From a virus: 64,000 bases of DNA. Each line of letters opens with the position of its first letter. The first letter of the stretch is position 1. Below, in pieces: positions 36,600-44,479 of this stretch. The position numbers and the translations under genes were made by a program. Where the stretch lies: IMG/VR virus record IMGVR_UViG_3300042462_000689. One strand, given 5' to 3'. The notes beneath the pieces were generated by a model that saw nothing but the letters and a program-made list of their open reading frames with translations, did no database searches and was not told the DNA's origin.

Positions 36600-37154
36600 A
36601 TGGGCCAAACAGTACCCGCCTATGGCATCGTTCAGAGCGCGAAACCGCACATGAAGATGCTGCGTGGTTGGAACCCGCTCAATCCGGGCCTCAACCGCAA
36701 CAAATCGCTTCCCACCAATGGGCTAACCATCGCGTCTGGTCAGGTGATCAGCGTCAATATCGTGAGCAGCGCAGAAGTCTGGCAGATCGGGGTCTCGTCC
36801 TCGACCCAGATCCCCTTCTTCGCCTATCAGGATTCTGACGATTTCGATGTCGTCGCATCTGGTGGTCTGACCGGCGTCTCCACGCTCGATCAGAACGAAC
36901 TGCAGACCGCGTTCTTCAAAGCCAGCCCCGACACGGTCGCCTACTCCCACGGAGTGCGCCTCAAGGCCGACGGCACCACGGGAGACGTCACCACGGCCCT
37001 CACCACGGATCGCGCCACCCTCGGGTATCTTTCCCGCGGCACCGGCCCTGTGGACATCGCAGCCTCCAATCCTGGCGTCACGCCGGATGGAAGCGGCCAG
37101 GTCCTCGTGCTGACCATCGCCACCAACTTCGAAACCAACGGGGCCTCCGCCTAG
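36600..37154 (+). CDS. head decoration/cement-like protein
   Basis: 184-aa beta-rich ORF immediately before the capsid gene; assignment by synteny. Confidence 0.55.
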   Translation: MGQTVPAYGIVQSAKPHMKMLRGWNPLNPGLNRNKSLPTNGLTIASGQVISVNIVSSAEVWQIGVSSSTQIPFFAYQDSDDFDVVASGGLTGVSTLDQNELQTAFFKASPDTVAYSHGVRLKADGTTGDVTTALTTDRATLGYLSRGTGPVDIAASNPGVTPDGSGQVLVLTIATNFETNGASA

Positions 37155-37178
37155 TCTTTTTAAGGAAAACATATCACA

Positions 37179-38129
37179 ATGAATATCAATCAAGACCAGA
37201 TTCAGGAACCCGAAGTTCTCAACGAGGAACTCGTCGATGCCATCGTCCGCGCGCCCGAAGGGCAGCTCAAGACGGCGTCCGACCTTTCTTCGCGCCTCAT
37301 CCGCCGCAAGCTCCGTGAAAACGGAATCCAGCGCCGCGTGCTTCCGTTCGAGGACGTCAATCAGAGCAATCTGAGCGACAGCCTCTACGCGGACAGCAAG
37401 CCCTGGATCATCGAAGAGATGGAAGGTGACATCCTCGGCTCGTCCGCGGTGAACTTCGACGACACCGGTGATACTGAATTCTTCCGCGGGGAAAAATTCG
37501 CTGTCATCTTCTACGTCGTCCAGACCAACGAGTTCCAAAAGAACACGTTCGAGCTGATGAACTACAAGACTGACATTCGTGAGATCACCACGGCCAATGC
37601 GCTGAAGGAGATCCACACGAAGGAAGACAGCAAGTTCTTCGGCACTGTGGACCAGATCGTCGGCAGCCCCTCGGGCGTCGGCGCGTCGGGTCTCCAGCAG
37701 AACTTCGAGCGTCTCGGCCGTATCAGCCGCGAACTCTACGTGGACAACATCTCCGAATTGGAGAATATGTCGCTCAATAATGGCTGTTGGGTCACCAATA
37801 GATTTTCGTCCAGACAATTCCTGAAATGGCGTCGTGACGAAGCCGGTGGTGACCTCTCGGAGAAGTTTGTCCTCAAGGGCCTCGAAGCGCTCGAAGAGTA
37901 CAGCATTTGGAACATCCCGCACATCGCGACGATCAAGAGCACGATCGTTCCCGACTACGTGGTGTACAAGTTCGCCGAGCCGGGCTACCTGGGCCGTGCA
38001 TATCGTCTGCAGGATATCACGACCTACGTGAAGAAGGAGAAGCACATCCTCACGATGCAAGCGATGGAGGTCATCGGCCTTACGATCGCAAACGTGAAGG
38101 GCGTGAGCAAGTCCACTCACGTTCTGTAG
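37179..38129 (+). CDS. major capsid protein
   Basis: 316 aa, strongly biased codons, AAGGA upstream, strong terminator downstream, follows protease-scaffold-decoration synteny; N-terminal LKTAS. Confidence 0.7.
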   Translation: MNINQDQIQEPEVLNEELVDAIVRAPEGQLKTASDLSSRLIRRKLRENGIQRRVLPFEDVNQSNLSDSLYADSKPWIIEEMEGDILGSSAVNFDDTGDTEFFRGEKFAVIFYVVQTNEFQKNTFELMNYKTDIREITTANALKEIHTKEDSKFFGTVDQIVGSPSGVGASGLQQNFERLGRISRELYVDNISELENMSLNNGCWVTNRFSSRQFLKWRRDEAGGDLSEKFVLKGLEALEEYSIWNIPHIATIKSTIVPDYVVYKFAEPGYLGRAYRLQDITTYVKKEKHILTMQAMEVIGLTIANVKGVSKSTHVL

Positions 38130-38152
38130 CAGAAGCGCAGAAAATAATTCAC

Positions 38153-38193
38153 AAACCGCCGGTTCTCGAAAGGGAGCCGGCGGTTTTGTTTTT
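38153..38193 (+). terminator. Rho-independent terminator
   Basis: AAACCGCCGGTTCTC-GAAA-GGGAGCCGGCGGTTT then TGTTTTT. Confidence 0.9.
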
Positions 38194-38201
38194 GCCCAGC
38201 A

Positions 38202-38229
38202 TTGTCTTTTCTCCCGAACCAATTACACT
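38202..38229 (+). promoter_or_regulatory. sigma70-like promoter, leaderless geometry
   Basis: TTGTCT(38202-38207)-N16-TACACT(38224-38229)-N6-ATG(38236), directly after the terminator. Confidence 0.6.
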
Positions 38230-38235
38230 CACCCC

Positions 38236-38562
38236 ATGAATCAATTCCCAGTGACCTGCTCAAATGCCTACATGGAAGGCTTCATCAAAACCTGCGCTGA
38301 TTTGAATCTCGACGCCGACGCCTCCGCGACACTGCTGCAAACCAGGCAGCGGGAGGAGCTGTTTGCGGAATCTCCTGCTTATCGGGATGGATTCAAATCG
38401 GCGATGAACGGTGGTGTCAGTTTCAAGGTGCCGACGACAACGAAGACTTCCGCGGTCAAATTTATGGACCGTCTGTTTTCCCACACGGAATCCAACAACC
38501 GAAGGGAGATTGATTCCGCCGCTTCCATGTTGGCGCAATTGCAGTTTCCGTCCGCTGCCTAA
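38236..38562 (+). CDS. small head-associated hypothetical protein
   Basis: 108 aa; AYMEGFIK / AYRDGFKSA duplicated motif. Confidence 0.65.
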   Translation: MNQFPVTCSNAYMEGFIKTCADLNLDADASATLLQTRQREELFAESPAYRDGFKSAMNGGVSFKVPTTTKTSAVKFMDRLFSHTESNNRREIDSAASMLAQLQFPSAA

Positions 38563-38567
38563 GTCAC

Positions 38568-39296
38568 ATGGCCTCGCAAACCGGCACCGTCAGCCTTGCC
38601 ATCGCGGAGACCACCGGGTCCGTGACTTTCCCGCTGTCGTTTGTGGCGCTGCCGGTAATTGATTCGCCCAGCATACAAAACACATCGGCTGATAATCCGA
38701 AGCTGATCCTGTTCTGCCTCATCACAGGGATCACACTGAGCGGGTTCACGTATCAACTCAGCGCGCCTCCCGACACTGCCAATTACAAGCTGGCGTATGA
38801 GGCCGAAGGACCAGTCGATCTACCGGCGACGCCATCGGTAACGACCAGCACGCCAGAGGCGGTCTCCTGCTCCTCCTGCTACATCACCGAGCAGGAGGTG
38901 CGCGAATACGTGGAGGATTACGACACCGAGCAGGGCATGCTCGGGAAGGTGGACTACGACTTCGCACCCAAGGCCATCCTCTCCGCCATGCAGGCATGCG
39001 CCCGCGAATACAACGGACTCCCTCCGCGGATCAGCAATGTGCGCCCCACTGCGCTGCCAAAGAATTCCAACCTGTTCTTCGACGGCATTGCCTATTTCCT
39101 CTACCTGCGCGCGCTGCAGCACGAAAAGCGGCATGATGTGCCTTACAAGGCCGGCAGCGTTGAAGTGGATATCGCAGCCCGGCGGATTGCGCATTACGAG
39201 GGAGCCATCAAAATGTTCAACGAGCGCTTTTTCGGTGTCGCAAAACAGCACAAGCGCCTTGCCAATTACACACTGATGTCCGGGCGGGTTGGGTAA
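38568..39296 (+). CDS. head-tail adaptor/neck-like protein with N-terminal lectin-like domain
   Basis: N-terminal ~80 aa paralogous to ORF 1813; helical C-terminal half; first gene after the capsid block. Confidence 0.55.
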   Translation: MASQTGTVSLAIAETTGSVTFPLSFVALPVIDSPSIQNTSADNPKLILFCLITGITLSGFTYQLSAPPDTANYKLAYEAEGPVDLPATPSVTTSTPEAVSCSSCYITEQEVREYVEDYDTEQGMLGKVDYDFAPKAILSAMQACAREYNGLPPRISNVRPTALPKNSNLFFDGIAYFLYLRALQHEKRHDVPYKAGSVEVDIAARRIAHYEGAIKMFNERFFGVAKQHKRLANYTLMSGRVG

Positions 39297-39302
39297 TTCA
39301 CC

Positions 39303-40130
39303 ATGCAGTTCAATGCCGTCAGCATCCAACCCGGTTACGGACGCCACACCTGCGCCATCACCTGGAATGTCCCGGCGGCGGCTCAGCGCGGGCAGGTGTA
39401 CATCTACCGGTCCATCTCGGGCCTGCCTCCGTGGCAATTGATTCGTGACGCGGGAACGCCGGCTTCCGTGGGATATTATGTGGATCGCGGGGAGTTCATC
39501 CTCAATACGAATCTGGGAGCCATTCATTACCGGCTGCTGCTGGAATTGGCGGATGGTCAGCAATTTGATTCACCCATCATCAGCCTAAATATAACCATCA
39601 CCCCAAAGGAGCAAATCATTGTCCGCGACATCATGATGGCGGAATTGCGAAATATGCGCGGAGGTAACGGCGAACCAGTATTCATCTTTGCTCCGCTGAC
39701 GCATGGCCTGCCTGCCCCTGGATTTGATTTCGAGACCTACCAGATGCGCAGCACCGGCATGCAGGTGCCAGGAAAGGAAAGCTACGGAGAGGCCTTTGTG
39801 GGCGGCTTCGGCGCACCGGCCGTCACCTGGGTGATGCGCATGGGCAGCATGGTCACGGGTTTCGTCAAAGATCCGGACGGCGGCGGCACCTCGGACACGC
39901 AGCAGGTAAACGGCAGGATGCTCGCCTTTCCGCGACCGATGCCAAACTACATGGTCGTATTCCCGCGGATGGATGAGCGTTTTGTAATTGGTGAAGTCAT
40001 TCAACCATTCCTGTTTCGCAGCATCCTCCCAATTGGCTACGAGGTCACATTGAACCCCATCCAGAAAAACGATGATCGCTACCTGGTCCCGCTGCCCGAG
40101 ATGCCGCCGAGGATGTATCAACCGCTCTGA
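39303..40130 (+). CDS. neck/head-closure-like protein
   Basis: 275 aa; synteny between capsid and sheath. Confidence 0.5.
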   Translation: MQFNAVSIQPGYGRHTCAITWNVPAAAQRGQVYIYRSISGLPPWQLIRDAGTPASVGYYVDRGEFILNTNLGAIHYRLLLELADGQQFDSPIISLNITITPKEQIIVRDIMMAELRNMRGGNGEPVFIFAPLTHGLPAPGFDFETYQMRSTGMQVPGKESYGEAFVGGFGAPAVTWVMRMGSMVTGFVKDPDGGGTSDTQQVNGRMLAFPRPMPNYMVVFPRMDERFVIGEVIQPFLFRSILPIGYEVTLNPIQKNDDRYLVPLPEMPPRMYQPL

Positions 40131-40133
40131 CCT

Positions 40134-40793
40134 ATGCTTACCGAACTCGAAGAATGGGAAGTGCTCGCCGGACAGCCGTTGACCGCGGTAAATCTGAGGC
40201 GCATGTTCCTGCTCCTCACGCAGCTGCATTATTCCCACCCGGCCAACTTCGGATTGCTGGAAGAGGATTTGAAGGACTGCCTTTGGGCTCCCAAGGCCGA
40301 TGATCGCAAACTGCATATCGGTCTGCATTTTAATTACGACCCGAAGGATGTCGCCGGTAAATTGCCGGCAATCCACTACGGACTGGGCAGCACGGATTTT
40401 CAGCAGACGGTGGTGAACGACCATGCCGGCTTCAACGAGGACTACTCGGGCGAGAATTCCATTTGCACCGCCAGTGCCCCTTTGATTTGGGCCCATTGCG
40501 CACGTACCGCGGATTTGGCCGCCAATCTCGCCGAGACCACGCTTTCATTTTTCACCGGCATCCGCTCTATGCTGATGCACCGTCTGCAATTGCAATTCTT
40601 CCACATCGCGGATTTGGCCGAGCCCCATTTGGAAAAAGTGGAAGGCGGACAAATGTTCTATCGCGTGGACTTGAAGGGGACGATCATTTACAGTCATGCG
40701 ATGACCGTTCTCACCCACAGCCACCGACTCAAGAAGGTGGATCAATCTGCCACCATCGAAGCCGACGGTATTGACCTTTCGTCCGCAACCTAG
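40134..40793 (+). CDS. tail terminator/completion-like protein
   Basis: 219 aa, directly upstream of the sheath gene. Confidence 0.5.
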   Translation: MLTELEEWEVLAGQPLTAVNLRRMFLLLTQLHYSHPANFGLLEEDLKDCLWAPKADDRKLHIGLHFNYDPKDVAGKLPAIHYGLGSTDFQQTVVNDHAGFNEDYSGENSICTASAPLIWAHCARTADLAANLAETTLSFFTGIRSMLMHRLQLQFFHIADLAEPHLEKVEGGQMFYRVDLKGTIIYSHAMTVLTHSHRLKKVDQSATIEADGIDLSSAT

Positions 40794-40799
40794 CATTAT
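40771..40799 (+). promoter_or_regulatory. sigma70-like promoter for the sheath-tube unit
   Basis: TTGACC(40771-40776)-N17-CATTAT(40794-40799), 12 nt before ATG 40812. Confidence 0.55.
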
Positions 40800-40811
40800 C
40801 ACTCCACTCCA

Positions 40812-43676
40812 ATGTCGATCGCCAACTACGTCCACCCACAATCCACGCTGAAGCAGTTCCTGACCAATGTCAGTTCGCCGGCGACCGCCATTCTCAATCC
40901 GCTGGTCATTGGCCCGCAATACCGCCTCAGCCGATTTGGCAAGGAGACGGTGCCCGCATACACGTACGCGGCGGCCTCCGGCGCCCAGGTCATTCCGTGG
41001 CAATACAGCAATGCGGCGGGCGTCACCACCAATCTACCCGGCACGGAGATTCCTGATTTGGCCTACACCCGGCTTTTCGGCAACGGCCTCGAAGCTTCGC
41101 TCGCGACGATCCTCACCGGCGACTCCGAGTATTTCCAGGTTCTCGATGCCTCCAATACCCAGACACTGAAGATGACGGCAGCGGATGTCAGCGGCGGCAC
41201 TCTGTGCGCCAAGCTGAAAGACCGCCCCGTGGCCGTCGGCGACATCGCCTACGTCACCTCCGCCTACGGTACGATCAAGCGCACAGTCACCGGCTTGCTT
41301 GGCAAGACGACCGCCGCCACCTTCGGCGTCAATACGCCGGACAACGATAATGGTTACATGAGCGGCAGCACCTACAATCCGGCGACGGCCGCAGCCTCGC
41401 ACTACACCTGCCTCACTGCTCCCGGCAGTCAGGATGTTGGCACTGAGGACAACGGCGTGGCGCTGATCGTCACCAACCCGGATGATTTCCAAGGCACCCT
41501 CCAGGGCGCGCTTCTCAATGGAGCCTACGGCGAGACATTCACGCTGACGGTCACCACCGGCGGCAACAACACGACCGCAGTCGTGACGGTGACATCAGCC
41601 AGCGGACGCTACGGCGGCACCCTCACATCCACCAGCGCAAACGCGGGTTTCCATACATTCACCAACAGCGGGTCCAGCAACATCATGGCCGGGCTCACCG
41701 TGAAGCTGGATCACACCGAGACGACTAGCTCCCTTACTTTGGGTTGGGTTTACACCTTCACCGTCACCAGCCAATACACCCGCGTCAGTACTGCCACGGC
41801 TCCCGTGACCGGAACCTACACCGGCACGGCGGACACCACCTACCTCATCGAAGTCACGACCGGCACCTACAATTCCGGCGCTCCCGTCGCCACCGGTGCG
41901 GTGGTCCGCATCAGCGACACCGCGGGCCTTGATGCCCCGGCTTCGGTCACATTGACGGACAACACGCTGTTCGATCTCGGCACCTCCGGTCTGCAGATGA
42001 AATTCGATCTCTCGCTCGGCGTGTGCCCGCAGGGCGGCATGCGCGTGGGTGATGTCTATTACGTCAATTGCGTCGCGGAGGCGCCCTCGACCACAGTCTT
42101 CGACAAGGTGGTGCTCGATGGTCCGGCTGTGGACGCCACGGTGTTCACCAATTACGCGACGCACGTGGAGGTGGAATTCCGCCTCCCCGTCACCGGTGAG
42201 ATTCTTTCCACCGCGGCGGCCGATGATGTCGCATGGGTTGCGGACCTCGAAGATGGGGTGACCATTGACTCCGGGTTGTCCCATTACCTCAGCACCCGAT
42301 CCACGGGTTATGAGTGGGTTCCGTTTGTGGACGACGTCGGCACCCTGTCGGTCTGGCAGCGTTCCCTCCAGCCGCCCGCATACGGCGAAGGTCGTATTGC
42401 AATTGCGAGCACCGACGACATCACGACGCTGCTTGGCACTGTGGACGTGGATAACGATTTGGCCATGGGTGCGAATGAAATGCTCAACGGCACTCTTGGC
42501 GCTGTCTCGGGCTACGTCCTGCGCACCGGCGGCACCACGCTCGCCGATTACAATACGGCGCTTGCAAAGATTCAGACGACCAAGCTGGTTTACGCCATTG
42601 CGCCGATGACCACGGATGTGACCATCCAGCAGGCCGTCGCCACTCATTGCACCACCACATCCGGCCCGACCAAGAAACGCTTCCGTCGCTGCTACGTCGG
42701 CACGGACAGCCCCGGCTCTTACGTCGCGCTCAGGACCGGAACCTCCGGCAATGTCACGGCGACGGTCAGTGCTTACAATGGTGGCGGCAACTTGCTGGTG
42801 ACCACCGCCACTGCCGGCGTGGATTTTACGCTGCTCGGACTCGCCAGCGGGGATATCGTCAAACTCATCGTCGCCGGTACGTCCTACCTGGTGGATTCCG
42901 TCATCAGCGCCACCGAACTCGTCCTTCAATCCGGTCCCGGAAGCCCGGTGGGTGCCGCGGTCGTCATTGAGATCTGGTATGCTGACACGCCAGCCAGTCA
43001 GGCCCTTTACGTCCGCAACCACTCGAAGCTCATTGGCAATCGCCGGGCCGTAAATGTCTGGACGGAGAATGGCACCGCAAATGGCGTCATCATCCCCAAT
43101 CGCTACGCGGCGGCCCACATCGCCGGCCTACGCTGCGCCATGCTTCCGCAGCAGGGCCTGACCCGCACGGAAGTCAGCACCTTCGACGCGGCCCCGGCCA
43201 TGAGCCTGCGCTACGACGACGACACGCTGGATGCCGTGGCAGCCGATGGCACCATGATCATCACGCAGGATGCGGAGAGCGGCGCGATTTACATCCGTCA
43301 TCAGCTCACCACAGACAGCGCCAACGGGGCGCTGGCTTACGAGGATTCCATTGGCGTGGTCGCGGATTATCTGTCCTTCCGAATTGACGCCATCGTCGAC
43401 GCCTACATCGGCAAACGTAACGTCACCAACGCCACACTCGTGGATCTGCGCAATGCGCTGCAAGATGAGTTGAACGCCAATACGCAGTCCGATTACGGGG
43501 TGCAGGCCGGCCCGCTGCTGGTCAGCTTCAACAGTCTGAAGATTACCCCGAATCCCATCATCAAGGATCGCGTCAAAATCACCTTCACCGCGGTTGTCGC
43601 TCTGCCGTTCAACATTGCGGAGACCATCATCAACTTTGACCAGGACCGCACACTCACCACGGTCATCGTCGCCTAA
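40812..43676 (+). CDS. contractile tail sheath protein
   Basis: 954 aa; C-terminal YIRHQLTT...DYLSF.I......IGKRNVT...V.I......P.N sheath-like domain; followed by a tube-sized gene. Confidence 0.8.
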   Translation: MSIANYVHPQSTLKQFLTNVSSPATAILNPLVIGPQYRLSRFGKETVPAYTYAAASGAQVIPWQYSNAAGVTTNLPGTEIPDLAYTRLFGNGLEASLATILTGDSEYFQVLDASNTQTLKMTAADVSGGTLCAKLKDRPVAVGDIAYVTSAYGTIKRTVTGLLGKTTAATFGVNTPDNDNGYMSGSTYNPATAAASHYTCLTAPGSQDVGTEDNGVALIVTNPDDFQGTLQGALLNGAYGETFTLTVTTGGNNTTAVVTVTSASGRYGGTLTSTSANAGFHTFTNSGSSNIMAGLTVKLDHTETTSSLTLGWVYTFTVTSQYTRVSTATAPVTGTYTGTADTTYLIEVTTGTYNSGAPVATGAVVRISDTAGLDAPASVTLTDNTLFDLGTSGLQMKFDLSLGVCPQGGMRVGDVYYVNCVAEAPSTTVFDKVVLDGPAVDATVFTNYATHVEVEFRLPVTGEILSTAAADDVAWVADLEDGVTIDSGLSHYLSTRSTGYEWVPFVDDVGTLSVWQRSLQPPAYGEGRIAIASTDDITTLLGTVDVDNDLAMGANEMLNGTLGAVSGYVLRTGGTTLADYNTALAKIQTTKLVYAIAPMTTDVTIQQAVATHCTTTSGPTKKRFRRCYVGTDSPGSYVALRTGTSGNVTATVSAYNGGGNLLVTTATAGVDFTLLGLASGDIVKLIVAGTSYLVDSVISATELVLQSGPGSPVGAAVVIEIWYADTPASQALYVRNHSKLIGNRRAVNVWTENGTANGVIIPNRYAAAHIAGLRCAMLPQQGLTRTEVSTFDAAPAMSLRYDDDTLDAVAADGTMIITQDAESGAIYIRHQLTTDSANGALAYEDSIGVVADYLSFRIDAIVDAYIGKRNVTNATLVDLRNALQDELNANTQSDYGVQAGPLLVSFNSLKITPNPIIKDRVKITFTAVVALPFNIAETIINFDQDRTLTTVIVA

Positions 43677-43706
43677 TTCTAACCCAACTCAACTACCCAC
43701 ACTAAC

Positions 43707-44156
43707 ATGGCGACCGACTTCTTTGGCTTCGACAAGACCGTCAAAACCGACGGACAAATCATCACCGGCAATTTCGCGAGCATCAGCGCCAATGGCGCAA
43801 TGGCTCTCGTGCAGTCGGTCAATGCCTCCTACAACCGTCAGATCATCTCGATGTTCGAGGCGGGATCCAGCACCCTCTATTACCTCAACGGCAACAGCGA
43901 GGGGCAGATAACGATCAACGGTGCGGTCGGCAAGAGCGGCTTTTTCAAAAACTTCCGCGACATTGCGCAGTCGTGCGGCGCCATCAACAAGCTGTCCATC
44001 GACATTCTTTCCGGAAGCAAATGCGCCGTGGGTGGAAGCGGCGGCATCACCTTCTCGGGTGGGCTGGCTGAGGGATTCAATATCGCCTACCAGGCCGGCC
44101 CGATGGCAGTCACCGAGGGTGCGCAGATCCGCGTCGGCTCGATGAATATCCGCTGA
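43707..44156 (+). CDS. tail tube protein
   Basis: 149-aa beta-rich ORF directly after the sheath. Confidence 0.7.
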   Translation: MATDFFGFDKTVKTDGQIITGNFASISANGAMALVQSVNASYNRQIISMFEAGSSTLYYLNGNSEGQITINGAVGKSGFFKNFRDIAQSCGAINKLSIDILSGSKCAVGGSGGITFSGGLAEGFNIAYQAGPMAVTEGAQIRVGSMNIR

Positions 44157-44199
44157 TTTTCGTTTGGTTACCGCGTTTGTTGGCGCGGGGTTCCTAGAG

Positions 44200-44240
44200 G
44201 CGTGGGTCGGAGTGCATACCGACCCACGCTTTCTTCTTTC
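44200..44240 (+). terminator. Rho-independent terminator
   Basis: GCGTGGGTCGG(44200-44210)/CCGACCCACGC(44219-44229) perfect 11-bp stem then TTTCTTCTTT. Confidence 0.85.
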
Positions 44241-44287
44241 CAAGGGTCTGACTATCGCCACAATAGCTGGAATTTCTCATACCAAAT

Positions 44288-44479
44288 ATGCCCGCCGCAC
44301 CTGACCTCGAACAAATGGCCGAAGAAATGCGACTTGCACGCGAGCGTTGGACGCAGAGCATTCCCGAGGAACAAGACGCCGCCTACGCCGTGTATCGGAA
44401 GTTGCGGAAGGAATTGAATTCAGCCCGATGGGTCGAACATCAGCGTCAGCATTTGTCGTGGCATTCCGGAAATGAGTGA
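44288..44479 (+). CDS. small helical hypothetical protein (63 aa)
   Basis: Overlaps the start of the next gene by 8 bp. Confidence 0.5.
   Translation: MPAAPDLEQMAEEMRLARERWTQSIPEEQDAAYAVYRKLRKELNSARWVEHQRQHLSWHSGNE

Noticed and set aside
40791-40814. TAG of ORF 40134 is in frame with the sheath ATG (possible read-through fusion)
   Set aside because: One-in-three chance, and a promoter-like element (40771-40799) explains independent sheath expression.
34805-43118. Long minus-strand ORFs (e.g. 34805-36058, 36723-38222, 41595-43118 and many others in the track)
   Set aside because: They shadow well-supported plus-strand genes, have no recognisable motifs, and are expected antisense ORFs in GC-rich, codon-biased DNA.
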